A stretch of 63,529 bases of DNA, filler included, from Candidatus Zapsychrus exili (GCA_030765585.1; 5 parts of 5 records of this genome joined end to end with filler, not necessarily neighbours in it); one strand, 5' to 3'. Counted from the whole stretch's first letter, positions 51,920 through 63,529 are shown. Program-made: numbers and translations. Notes: generated by a model not told the origin, from the letters alone.

Positions 51920-54900
51920 CTAACGCGACAATCCCTGTTTTTTATGAGATTGCTTCGTAGCTACGCTTCTTGCAATGACAACACGCGCTAAACGCGCGCC
52001 TTGTGGCTTGTTATAGTGTTCGACTTGACCGATCAAATCTTGACTCTCACTGTCCTCTTCTTCATTTAATCCAAGCAAATTATATATATTTGTAACAGGA
52101 GTAATATTTATAATAATAGGCATGACACCTTCAATATTATCCAAATCTATGCCACGAAGAGACTCTGGAAGATTAAAATCAACCCCTTGTCCTTTTATTT
52201 CTATGTTCATCTTATCCGCATTAAAATCAATTCCACCCTTATTTGCTGTCATCGCCTGATCTTTTTGCTTTTTAACTTTACTAACAAATTTTTCTTTATC
52301 TAAGCCTTTAAAGTCAAGATTCATATTATAATGTTCTCTGCGAGAACTATAGCTACCATAAAACCCTTTCTCTTCTTCCCACTTTTCTTTAATTTGCTTT
52401 TGTGTCTCACCTTTATCTTTAAGGTTAGTCTGCTTCTTAATAGATGCCCATGATTTGTAGGCTATATAAGAAGTTATTAATCCAGCCGTTTGGAAAATTA
52501 AGAATTTTCCTACAAAAGACCAATCCAAAGTATGTGATCCTGTGTCGCTAACAATATCATCAACAATCGCTGCTGGAGCCAAATAAAATGCAGCACCTAC
52601 AAAAAACCAAAAAGGCTTTAAAAGCAACCAATTAACAATTTTCTCTTTTAATGTTTCCGCCTTTATTTCAGAAGGCTTTTCTTTTCTCACAAAAATAGGA
52701 TCAATATTTTCTGCAGGATCATAGAGAGAAACAATCATAGTCCCTACAATAGGACTTTTATCAAATTGTATCTCAGCAATTCTAGATTGCTTTCTTACAA
52801 TCTTTTCTTGTTGTTTTAATATGTTAGCACCATTCTCAGGAGATGCTACATTATGAGGTCTGACAAAAAGATATTCAAAAATATTCTGAATAATATTATT
52901 TTTCTTTCTCTTTAAAGTTGCTCCTTGAGCATGCAATAGAGTTGTATTATTTTCTGCGGATGTTACTGCCATAAAAGGACTACTTGAAGCAATATTTGCC
53001 AATGCATTATGCTGATTTGACATGCTGTCTCCTCCGCTTCGATAACGCACTTTATTAAAAATAGGATCAACTGCTCTACCCATAGTGCTTCGATTAATTG
53101 TAATATCTGCAAATAGTTTTCTATTGCCGATGTCACACTCTAAGTTATGAATTAAAGCACCAAACTCTCCATATTGAAACAAATTATTAGCAGACTCTAG
53201 ACCAATAAATGTATCTAACTGGGCTTCTAAAACATTGTATACTCTTTTTTCTCTACAAATCTTCTCAATATATTGATATAAACTTTTATTATCTTTTACT
53301 TCTCTATCAGCATGAAAATAGAAATCAGCTTCTGGATTACGTTCAGCTAACTCAATGAGAACTTCAACAAATTTTTTCTCACGGCCCTCTTTGGACACTA
53401 AGCTCACAAGCTCTTGAACAAGTTCTGCTGAGCGCTCATCTTTTGGTTTTACATTTAAAATATTATTGGTTTGCTCAATAATATTAGCATCTCTTAAGTC
53501 TTGCACAATCTTCTTCCTTTCATCATTGCTGCTTTTTATCATTTTCCAAGCTAAGCTTAAAGCTTGAGTTGCGCTAGAAGGAAGCTTATTTATTGGACTA
53601 TATTTAAATGGCTCATGCAATGCTTCAGAATATCCCTTAAAATCATATTTTTCTTTTTCTGTTATCATCGCCTCGTCTGCTTTTGATAATTCCAACTTAT
53701 CATCTAACTTATTTCCAAAAATAATATCAAATGATGATACATCTGAAGAAATATCATCATAGTAATTACCAAAAACAAGTCCCTCATTAAACAGTTTGGA
53801 AAAATGCTCCAATCTAGGGAGATTAAAATTATGCTGATTAAAAGCAACTATAATCTTCTGAGCAATTCTTTGAATGCGAGTTCTTATGGGTCTCGGAATA
53901 TGCTCTGGATGATATGAAAAAGAAAGGTGTTCAGCATCTATAAAAAACAAAAGAAGCGATGATAAATCCATAGTATCTTTATGTGATTCGTTAGCTCTAA
54001 TATCAACAAAATTGAATTCTTTATTCTTAAAATCAACTAATAAGTTTGAAGTGCTAGCATGATCAATGCTATGTCCAGCATCATTAATAACAAAATAAAG
54101 CTTAACAAACTTATTGTAGGAAGACTGTGGCATATTAGAAACCATATCTAAATAATTCAAATAATACTCTTCCATAGACTCTTTATCATAATTAAGTTTT
54201 ATTGCAACTTCATTAGAAACTCCTGCGGCAACTCCTCTTTGGTTTAATAAAATTTCAACTCCTCCAATACGCGCTATAACTTGCCCAACATTATATCCAG
54301 GCAAAATATCGTCGACCATCTCTAACGAACTTCCCTTTAAATAATATTTAGCAGGAACTTTAATAACAAACTCTCTAATATTCGGTATAGCAAAAACTGT
54401 CCCCTCTCCGCCAGAACCTATAAAATTAATCGAACCATCGGCTATAGCTTCTTGAATCATACTAAGAATATCCTTATAACCTGCATCTTTTATTTTTCTT
54501 AAAAAATCTTCTTTAGATATATAAGGCCCTACAATACTTTCGTCTTTATTGTCCGACACCATTGCATTATCTCCGCTAATTTTTTTAACCATTAAAAGCA
54601 TATTTATTACATTCTGCGATATAGTCCCATTTCTTTTCTCCTTCAAAAATTTCTCAGAAAAATCATTGTCCTTCAAGAGTTTTGATAAATTAGTTGCAAC
54701 AACTCCATCTCTATACTTAAATTTAAACTTATCCTCGTCAACAATTCCTTCTTCAGAAACTTTCTTGATGCTCTTAACAATACTTCCACTATAACTATCC
54801 TTCATGCCAACCACTTCAGAAGCATCAGGAAACAAAATTGTCATTCTTTGCAAAACATTAATTTTATTTTTTTCCCTTTTAAAAGCAGTCTCGCAAGAAT

Positions 54901-57900
54901 CTAAAATAATCTTACCGTTTCTCTTTAAGGCCTTCGAAACTCCTCTTTGATTTAAATATTTAAAAGTTTCATTCTTTATTGATTTAAACATTGAATCTAA
55001 GTCAATGGTTTTCCCATCCTTACCATGACCTGCAAAAACAATAACATCTGCAAGCCTAGGCTCGTCATCTTCTGAATCAAAAAATGTTGCTTCACGTAAT
55101 GCTTCAACAATTTTCTCCTTACTTTCAACTTCGTAATACAACACATTAAATCCACCTTCAATAAAAGTTTTTAAACTACTACTATCAAGAAAAGCTGCGT
55201 TGTGATCTGCAGTAGCGTTAATAACAACAACTTTCGGACGTATATCAATCTTTTTATTTCTAATATTATTTCTGTTGCGAATAATCTCATCCCCTACAGA
55301 AGTCTCATTACCAAAAATATTGATTCTTTCTTTTGACCATACTAAACTCCTAACAAGCCCCAACTCATGATGTTGATAAATATAATTTAATAATTCTTTC
55401 ACTTCATCTGACTTCGCTAATTCATCCTCATAGATCAAACTTTTCCTATAAGCAGCTCTTAAAACAGCTTGAACAATCCTGAGCCTTTCTTGTGATATTA
55501 AAAAACTGTTACTCCCTCTGGCTTTAAGCTTAGAAAACGCCCCTACATCTTCTAATACATAAGGTAAGATATTTTTTGCTATCTTTATATAATTATCTAT
55601 GTTCTCATCAAAATCTTCTACATTATAACCTTTCATATTATAAAACCTATGCGCTATTGAGCGCATAACGGCTCTTACCACAAATTCTTCACTGCTATTT
55701 TCTAATTCTCTACCTTCCATCTCAACAAAAGATTTAACAATACTTTCTTTTAGCTGTTTTACTTTTTCTTTGTGTCTAAATATTATTCTAGAATACTGGG
55801 GGAGAATATCCTCTTCAGAATTTTCAACAAACTTTTCAAATAAATGATAGATATTTCTTCCTAATTTATGATTTTCGTATGACTCCTTTTTCTTAAACAA
55901 AGTCCTGCCTATCATCTTTCTCACAGTTAGCTTGTCGTCAAACGCCTCTGATAAAAAACCTACAGCCCTATAAGTATAACTATTTTTATAATCTATTTCT
56001 TGATCAGCTTTATCACTATCAATAAATAATTTCTTTTCTAACTTAGCTAATAACTTTTTCTTAAAAATAGAAGATTCCCCTTTAATGCTCTTGTATACTT
56101 CTTCTATATCATCATTTTCTCTAATATTAAACGCTCTAATTCTTTTTGAATCGTCTAAAGAAATTTTCTGTTGCATATTACTTTCTGCTGTCTTTTTAAA
56201 AGTCTTAACTAAGTAATCTACAAAACTTTTACGCTGAACTTCATACTTGTTCCACCTAGAATCTTTATTTCCTAAAAGAAAAACAATGGCGCCTTGAATC
56301 TCTTCCTTAGTGCCCATAATAAGTATCTCATTCTTTAAATATATAGTTTTTCCTCTATATTGCTCCATATATATCATCGCGCCTAATATCCTTGCTATTA
56401 AAACTCTTAACATTAACTTCATGCGAAAATCCAAGCTCATCTAAAATAGAACGAATTTCACCAATATCAACAAAATTAGTTCCAGCTAACGTGTGACTTT
56501 CAAACTTATCAAAACCCTCTTCTTTTCCTAATGTTGCTACAAGCCTTCCATCTTTATCATATCCAACTTTAAAAGTTGTTTCATTAATTTCCGTCGTCAT
56601 CGCCTGATCTTTATCAAAAGATTGAGAATTGCTTAACTGCTTTGCAATTGCTTTTATTATGTAATCACTACTATGAGGTGTTTTATTTTTAAAATTAAAC
56701 AATATTGCTCTCTTAAACGGATTTCTTATTCTTCTATCAGCTATTGCTTCTTTGAATTGTTTAAGCAAAACATCATTGTAGTCTTTTTTATCTCCAAAAT
56801 ACTCCTTAAAATAACCTTCTATTTTCTTTCCTTGACGAGAGAATTTTGGAAGCCTACTATACGCATCAACAAGATATTCAAAAACATATCTGTCATTGCT
56901 CTCTATATTTTTAAACGACTTTGCAGTACGATAAGCATAGTGCCAAGCTTCATCTTCATGATTTACGCCCTCTACTAAAGGAAACTGTATAATATTTATG
57001 CCCAAGTCTTTCTTCTTAGCTGCATCAATATTTTTTATATAATCATCTATAAAATATATCTGATCTCTTTTTAATCCTTTATTTTTCTTTAACAATCTTT
57101 CTACTTCTTCTTCTAAGACATTAGCCTTTATTGTTCCATCTCCGGATGTAAAACGTATTCTTGTAACAGTTTTGCCTTCAACAATACCTACAGATGCAAG
57201 CACTTTACGCGTCAACCTACCTTTTCCATCGCTTTTAGGTCTTGCTGTAAAAACTACAACATTTACACCAAAATTCTTTAATGTATCTAAAATATCTGCA
57301 TTGAGATGGGTTGGCATTTTAAAGAAATTATGCTTTGCCATCCTTTCCTCGTCTTTATCTCCCTGAGCATAGACAACCTTTTGAGCTTTACCAATAGCCC
57401 ATCCAAGCATGGCTTGACCCCCTTTTGTATTTACATCAAAAATTTCTCCATTATTTATTTTTTCAACAATATAATTGTGAGCAAATATATTAATACTGCG
57501 AACTTTTTGAGTCTCAGAACCAACAAATCCCATAGGCATTACCATGGTATTGTCTAAATCAACAAAAAGAGTTTTAACGTTTCCTTTTTTTGCCTCCTCA
57601 ACTAAATCTACAGATATATCGCGCCAAGAATCATACTTCAAATCCCTACTTTTTCTTACATCTTTATTCTCAGAAACCATTGCTTTATCTTTTTCCTTAC
57701 CATCTATCTCGAGCGCTTCTTTAATAATTTTTAAAGTTTGTTCGCTATTAGAAACATTTGTGTGAGGATCTTCTAAGCCTTTTATAATAAAAGATTCTTT
57801 AACAGAATTTAATGTATTATTGTATCTATCTACATATCCCTCAAAGAAACTCTTTTGATATTTAAGGCCACTGTTTTTAGGTGGGGCATGAGAATCTCCA

Positions 57901-60122
57901 TCTGCAACTATACTTATACTATTAGGAATCTCCCTAGAAAAAGATGCTACGCTCTTTTCACTAAACAACTCCAACATCTTATAGCTATGAGGACTTAGTG
58001 ATTCGTAGGCATCACGAGCATCTTTATTAATTATTCCATAAATAAAACTAGGCTCTGGCATTGTCGTCCATGCAGCTACATTAGAGCCAGATATAGGAGC
58101 AGCAATTTCTATATATGCTTTTACATCAGAAGAAAGCTCTTTATGATATCCTTTATTTACAAAATTCCTGTAAACGATTGTCCCTAAAGAATAACCAATA
58201 ACGCTATATTCTTTAGGTGAATATTCATTATGAAACTTATACATCTGTTCTTTTAATATTCTAGAAATATCATCTATCGGAAGATAATTGTCATAAATAA
58301 AAGCTGCCACATTAAAATCACCTTTAATCTCATCTATAATATTTGAAAAAGTACTGTTAGCTCCTCTTCCTGCGCCATGAAGTAAAAATACTGTTGATTT
58401 AGAGTTATCGAATTCTCCTAAAATATAAATATTGTTAAGAGAAGAAAATACCTTTAATACTTCTTCTTTTCTTGGGTCACCATCTCTTGCGCTTCTTAAC
58501 ATCTGACCAAGTTTTGATAGCGGAACTACATCAGGAACCGCTGCATCTCCCCAAACAAGATCTCCGTTAATACCACTATATATAAGCTCTAATGCATGTT
58601 TAAAAATTTTAGTATTATGCTCCCATATTCTATTTTTTATATTTGAATCTTGTTCTCTATAAATATTATCCTCTAGGAGCTCTCGGAAACCATGCATAAC
58701 ACCTTTAACGTTTTCTACCGAAACAGGGCCTTTAAGATTTTCTATAGGAAAACGCTCATCCTCTACTTTTTCTTTTTCTGCATTCTCAGGAAATACGCCA
58801 AGACCTTCACCTTCTACATATTTACTATAATCATACTCATAAAAACCTTCGCGAAATTCCTCAAGTATTTGCTCTTGAGACATGCTTATATCAGGCATCA
58901 AAATCTCATGATCTAACTCTATATTCTCTCCGATAACACCATCTGGTGATAGTAAAGCAACTCCTGTTGTAATTACAAATAGTCCTACAGCAATGGCCTT
59001 TGCAAGCTTTCTCCCCACGCTACGATTTGTTGTTGTTATCATAGCTTCATCCATTTTCCATGAAAGACCGCCAGAGAAATATTTCTTTGGAATTATTTGT
59101 TTTGTTGCAGGGTCATATTCTTCCTTTATATAATTACAAACACCCTTCTTAAAAGCCTCTACATATTGACTATATATTTTCTTTGACACATCTTTGTCTT
59201 CTATGTCTATACCTTTTATTTTGGACTTGTCTGAATATACTTTATTTAAAATAGCATCCTTTAAATTACCTTTAAACCAATGAGCCAAGATAATAGAATT
59301 ATATATTTGTCTTAATTCTGCGAAATTCTTTCCTTCGTTTACTTCTTTTTCTATAGCTGGAATAATTATCTCTTTAATTATTTCAGTCTGCAGTTGACGG
59401 TTTGCAGTTGGCAAAACATTGCTTGCTTTTTGCTTACTGCCTACTGCCAATTGCCCACTATTCAAATATTCTTCTTCAAGCATAACCTTCAATTTAGACT
59501 CAACTACAAACGCCCTATCTCCCTGCTCGTACACAACAGCCTTTTCTGGTACTATCCATACCTTATTAAAAGTATCCGTAGAAATATCTATCTTTCCATA
59601 TTTTTGATATGCTTTTTTGTACAACTTGTCCCAAAATTTTCTTCCTATTTCGCCTTCTGGATGCATAAGAGACGCTGTTATTTGCTTTAACAGGTAATCT
59701 TGCGCAAGCATATCGCGACCCATATCTGTTTGACCTAAAGCATTTGGGATAATCCTATCTTTTTCATAAGGAGACAAATTGACCCACAAATTATCTTCTG
59801 GGATAGTTAAAGCTGATAAGAAATATTTTATAAGTTTCTGACTTTCTTCCTCTAATGTGTCCTCTTGCGCCTTTGAGTCTCCAGAATCAACTATAAAATC
59901 AAATTGTAAGGGGTTATCAAGGTAGATTTTAATACCGCGCAATATGGCGGGAGCAAAACCAGAACTTAAGTTTACTATAGCTCCAGGCTGCGGGAGACCC
60001 AATAACCCCTGTGCAAAACTTGGCGTCGGGAATATACAGGTAGAAAGAAAAGAAATAACTACAAAATATATAATTATCTTTAAAGAAAAATTAATATTTT
60101 TATTATTGGCATTGATAAACAT
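51920..60122 (-). CDS. Giant (~2730 aa) secreted modular DxAM-linker / GGIDFN-tail protein; one frameshift near 56360
   Basis: ORFs 56355-60158 and 51920-56440 join by removing one A (DDIYGA|YRGKTIYL); signal peptide ending SFA-Q; six DxAM linkers; hydrolase (GYSLG), HAD (DLDNT..FIDD), His-Cys (FAGHG..LDSC), kinase-like (GSGGEG..VIK) modules. Confidence 0.8.
51924..51979. repeat. GTCATTGC..GCAATC-type palindromic repeat read in frame at the giant gene's 3' end
   Basis: GAGATTGCTTCGTAGCTACGCTTCTTGCAATGAC, translated on the minus strand as VIARSVATKQS. Confidence 0.7.
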
Positions 60123-60332
60123 GCTTCTCAGATACCCCCCAATTGATAAACTTAACAACGCATAATACTGATATCAAAATCTAATATAAGTATAAAATAC
60201 TTTCTTAATAAATAGGGGCATCTAGGGAGCTTTGAAGAAAGCGGTTTCTTTTACATCTACACAGAGAAGCCTTAACTATAATTTTGAATATTTTTATTAA
60301 TATAAATACTATTGGTGTGGACACGAAGTGTC

Positions 60333-61352
60333 TTATTTAGGAAGGGAATTTTCGTACTTTTCAGCGTATTCAATTGTCTGACGCATAATGCTTACTGTTT
60401 GCGCAGGAAACTTTCCTACAGCTGTTTCTGCAGATAACATGACATAATTTGTTCCATCTAAGATTGCATTGGCTATATCTGAGACCTCTGCTCTAGTAGG
60501 TCTACTATGCTCTGTCATACTTTCAAGCATCTGTGTTGCAGTTATAACAAATTTAGACTTTCTATTACATTTATGTATCAAATATTTTTGTATTATAGGA
60601 ACTTTATATATCGGAAATGTTACTCCTAAATCCCCCCTTGCAACCATAATTCCATCACACGAATCAATTATGCTATCTATATTCTTTACACCATCTTGAC
60701 TTTCAATCTTAGAAATTATTTTGACCTTAGGCAGTCTAGCTTTAGCTATATTGCTTATTCTTAAAATATCATTCTTATTTCTAACAAACGACTGAGCTAT
60801 AAAATCAACGCCATTTTCTATTCCAAATTCAAGGTCCCTTTTGTCTTTTTCTGTTATTATGTTTGCCTGCAATTTAAGCTCTGGTATGTTCACACCTTTT
60901 CTTTGTTTTAAAATACCTCCCTGAACAACTTCTAGCTTTAGCCTTTTATCTGATATACATAAAACCTTAAGATGAATATTACCATCATCTATAAAGACAT
61001 CAGAACCTTTTTTTATATCCTTAACATTGCCCAAATAATCAAATGGTATATGGTTTTTAGATTTATTTTTGCTATTAGACATATAGAATATCTTATTCTT
61101 CTCTAAAATCTTGCTACCTTGAAAATGCCCAAGCCTTATACGATATCCTTCCAAATCCTGCAATATCTTAATCTTCCTGCCGCTCTTGTTAATAGAACGA
61201 ATCGTATCTATCATCTTTTTGTGTTGAGTATAATCGCCATGAGAGAAATTAAGACGCACTACGTCGCATCCAGAAGCCGCCATATCGCTTAAAATCTTCT
61301 TAGAAGAACTTGCTGGGCCAAGTGTACATATTATTTTGGTTTCTCGTCGCAT
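60333..61352 (-). CDS. pyk: Pyruvate kinase lacking the C-terminal domain
   Basis: [53 protein letters not shown]; 339 aa. Confidence 0.95.
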   Translation of the reverse strand: MRRETKIICTLGPASSSKKILSDMAASGCDVVRLNFSHGDYTQHKKMIDTIRSINKSGRKIKILQDLEGYRIRLGHFQGSKILEKNKIFYMSNSKNKSKNHIPFDYLGNVKDIKKGSDVFIDDGNIHLKVLCISDKRLKLEVVQGGILKQRKGVNIPELKLQANIITEKDKRDLEFGIENGVDFIAQSFVRNKNDILRISNIAKARLPKVKIISKIESQDGVKNIDSIIDSCDGIMVARGDLGVTFPIYKVPIIQKYLIHKCNRKSKFVITATQMLESMTEHSRPTRAEVSDIANAILDGTNYVMLSAETAVGKFPAQTVSIMRQTIEYAEKYENSLPK

Positions 61353-61380
61353 AAAACATCCTTTTTTGTTACTGTTTCTC

Positions 61381-61580
61381 CGAGGAATCTCAGCTTTACT
61401 GTCTTTAAAATGTAGCTGAGCTTTCTCGCTTCATATAATTTTTATCCTTCGCGAAGAATTTCGATCTTTCTGTATTCTTAAATGTAATCGAACTTACCCT
61501 TCTTATATTATTATTTTTCTAGAAAATCTTAATTCTTCTATATTCTAGGCTATGGTCAAACTTACTCACTTCATATTTAT
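61381..61580 (-). ncRNA. Three tandem ~70-nt structured repeats upstream of pyk (candidate cis-regulatory RNA)
   Basis: Units start ATA(T/A)GAAG..(T/A)AAG; inner stems TTCGATT/GATCGAA and CTCAGCT/AGCTGAG covary around ACATTT..ACAG. Confidence 0.5.
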
Positions 61581-62041
61581 TTCTTTGCAGGAAAACGAAC
61601 ATCTAGTTCATTAAACACTATATCGACAGCTTTTCTCTTAGCGCTTGAACTTGACGATGCTATGTCAATTTCCAACATATTATCCTCTAATTCAGTTAAA
61701 AAGATACCTACCTCTGTCGTGTCTATATTACCTTTGATACCCATAACAACAACTATACCCTTTATAGGATCTTTTAAAAATACTTCATAGAGCTTTTTTG
61801 TAAAAGGTTCCAACTCTTCTTCGTTAATAGCAAGACTTAAAACAGCATCATAGCATTGATCGAAACTGCATTTATAGACCTTACTTACAGCGCGTACACG
61901 TGCTTCTTGGAGCTCTTTTGTAGATGAACCCCAAATAATCTTAGGCGACTCAAATAAATTCGAAATAAGATTTGAACATCCCGCCCCAAATAAAATTAAA
62001 ATTAAAATTAAAAACAAGAATGGTTTTTTATTCATAATCAC
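61577..62041 (-). CDS. Hypothetical lipoprotein
   Basis: Hydrophobic leader with GAGC lipobox. Confidence 0.7.
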   Translation of the reverse strand: MIMNKKPFLFLILILILFGAGCSNLISNLFESPKIIWGSSTKELQEARVRAVSKVYKCSFDQCYDAVLSLAINEEELEPFTKKLYEVFLKDPIKGIVVVMGIKGNIDTTEVGIFLTELEDNMLEIDIASSSSSAKRKAVDIVFNELDVRFPAKK

Positions 62042-62066
62042 CCACTATAATAATTTAATAAATATA

Positions 62067-62519
62067 TTAAAATGTTAAGCTTTCTAAAATAGGAATTAAT
62101 AAACTCTTCTCAACCTCTATCCTTAGTGCTAGGCTTGAAGAAAAATCACGAAAGTCTGAAACAAAATTCTTAGGATTAATATCTCCCATATCTGCTGGAT
62201 GATCTTCGATAAAAATCAATGTCTTGACTTTTATCTCTTTGAAATCTTGCAACAGAAATTTCGCATCACTGCCAATTTGCCCACCTATGTTTACTACCTT
62301 TTCTAAGACATCAAACGTCTGCCTATTTTGTCTTTCAAAATGATCCAACAATATTTTTTCTAAATCTCTTAACTTAGGCTTTACATTTTTATAAGAACGA
62401 ATAGCTGGAGAAATTTCTTTAAGTGCATCTAGAATTAATTCTTGCCCATTTCTCAACTCTAAAATAAGTCTTTTAAAATGATACGGCTTTTGTTCGCTAT
62501 TCATTTTATATTTATCCAA
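62067..62519 (-). CDS. Hypothetical helical protein, possibly degenerate hemerythrin-like
   Basis: LLDHF..Q and RI..E...L.P spacing; overlaps the CBS gene. Confidence 0.5.
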   Translation of the reverse strand: MDKYKMNSEQKPYHFKRLILELRNGQELILDALKEISPAIRSYKNVKPKLRDLEKILLDHFERQNRQTFDVLEKVVNIGGQIGSDAKFLLQDFKEIKVKTLIFIEDHPADMGDINPKNFVSDFRDFSSSLALRIEVEKSLLIPILESLTF

Positions 62520-62994
62520 AAGAGAATGTAGCGTTTAGCATATCATGTCTTCCTATAATACCAACTAAATGTTTCCCCTGCATTACCGGAAATGTATGCA
62601 CACTGAGCTTTGCTACTGCTTCAACAATTTCATTTAACTCTGTATCTGGTTTTACAAAAACAACATTGTCCGACATTATATCGCTTATAGGCTTATCTCT
62701 AAACTTAGATACATTTTTGTGAAAAATTTCTCTTCTTTCTTCTGGGGTCAAATGATCTTCTGACATTTCTTCTTCTACAATATTGTTAAGAAGTTTAAAA
62801 AGATCTGTCAACGTAACAATTCCAATAACATCTCCTGTGTCGTCGACAATAGGATAAGCACTTACCCCTATTCTAAGCATTAAATGCGCAACTTCCACAA
62901 TTGTAGTATTTTTATTAACAACTTGCGCATTCTCCGTCATAATATCTTCGGCGAAAATAGGTCTTACATTAGATTTTTGTTCTTTTTCTGCCAT
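62512..62994 (-). CDS. CBS-pair domain protein
   Basis: AEDIMT, YPIVD..VIGIVTLTDL, SDIMS, FPVM..LVGIIGRHD. Confidence 0.92.
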   Translation of the reverse strand: MAEKEQKSNVRPIFAEDIMTENAQVVNKNTTIVEVAHLMLRIGVSAYPIVDDTGDVIGIVTLTDLFKLLNNIVEEEMSEDHLTPEERREIFHKNVSKFRDKPISDIMSDNVVFVKPDTELNEIVEAVAKLSVHTFPVMQGKHLVGIIGRHDMLNATFSFG

Positions 62995-63020
62995 AAGAGA
63001 GCTCCAAATTTAATGTTATT

Positions 63021-63529
63021 TTATTCTTCTTTTTTTTGTTTCTTGCTTAATTCCTCTATCTGAATCTTAAAATCTTCACACATTCTCTCTAAACCTAAAG
63101 ACTGTGCTCTATGTTTAGCTAACTCTTGATTTAGAGATCTTTCTTTTTCTAATAAATGATCATTTAATTCTTTTACTTGCCCTAACTCAGAGGCTAACAT
63201 TTCTTTTTCTTGCACAATTCTGTCGTACTCTTCAATATTTCCTACTATCTCATCCTGATTGCTTTCTTGCTTTGCAGAATCATCACTTTTATTTAATATC
63301 TCTACTTGACTTTTAAGCTCAGCATTCTCGATTACAAGTTCTTCAATCTTCTTCTTAGATTCTTTTGTCTTATTAAACAAGACTTCTTCCAATTCTATTA
63401 TTTCGCGCTCTAGAGAATCCTTGTCTTTTTCCTTTCCTAAAACTGCTGATACATCTATCTTCTCTACAGTTTCTTTTATTACAAAATCAAACTTTTGCTT
63501 GCTATTAGCACCTAAATTCTCATCGATCA
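63021..63529 (-). CDS. Coiled-coil protein, 5' part outside the window
   Basis: Frame stays open from the window end to the stop at 63021; E/K/Q-rich heptads. Confidence 0.7.
   Translation of the reverse strand, partial: IDENLGANSKQKFDFVIKETVEKIDVSAVLGKEKDKDSLEREIIELEEVLFNKTKESKKKIEELVIENAELKSQVEILNKSDDSAKQESNQDEIVGNIEEYDRIVQEKEMLASELGQVKELNDHLLEKERSLNQELAKHRAQSLGLERMCEDFKIQIEELSKKQKKEE

Noticed and set aside
61381..61580. CRISPR or type III antitoxin array
   Set aside because: Similarity extends over whole units with no unique spacers; the downstream gene is pyk, not a toxin

Overview
AT-rich bacterial draft genome window made of five contig pieces joined by artificial 100-nt N/TTAATTAATTAA linkers (12998, 23532, 31524, 45567), so adjacency across linkers means nothing. 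The GCAGCCTCCCGTAGGAGT 16S signature, Tad/T4P-like parts and giant GGID-tailed proteins suggest a PVC-superphylum organism, probably Omnitrophota (inference). Most genes are housekeeping: pckA, tex, dnaX, recR, hisS, aspS, phoH, ybeY, recO, dtd, tatD, nfnAB-like, panB, pyk and the 5' end of a 16S rRNA gene. Highlights: (1) Two very large paralogous modular proteins (57-4385 + and 60122-51920 -) in which unrelated enzyme-like modules (HATPase, alpha/beta-hydrolase, HAD, His-Cys protease-like, kinase-like) are separated by a recurring D-x-A-M linker (10 copies) and end in a shared GGID(L/F)N tail; this is a candidate cassette-built, processed polyprotein or effector system. (2) A tRNA-Asn(GUU) interrupted inside the anticodon by a 212-nt group I intron. 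(3) Three tandem ~70-nt repeats with covarying stems upstream of a pyruvate kinase that lacks its allosteric C domain. (4) Tandem duplicated Cys-rich pilin-like genes. (5) A pair of degenerate MtnA/eIF2B-like genes in a sugar operon. (6) Several palindromic repeat families, some lying in frame inside genes. Several frameshifts, in-frame stops and a fold-back at the window start probably reflect amplification or sequencing error.
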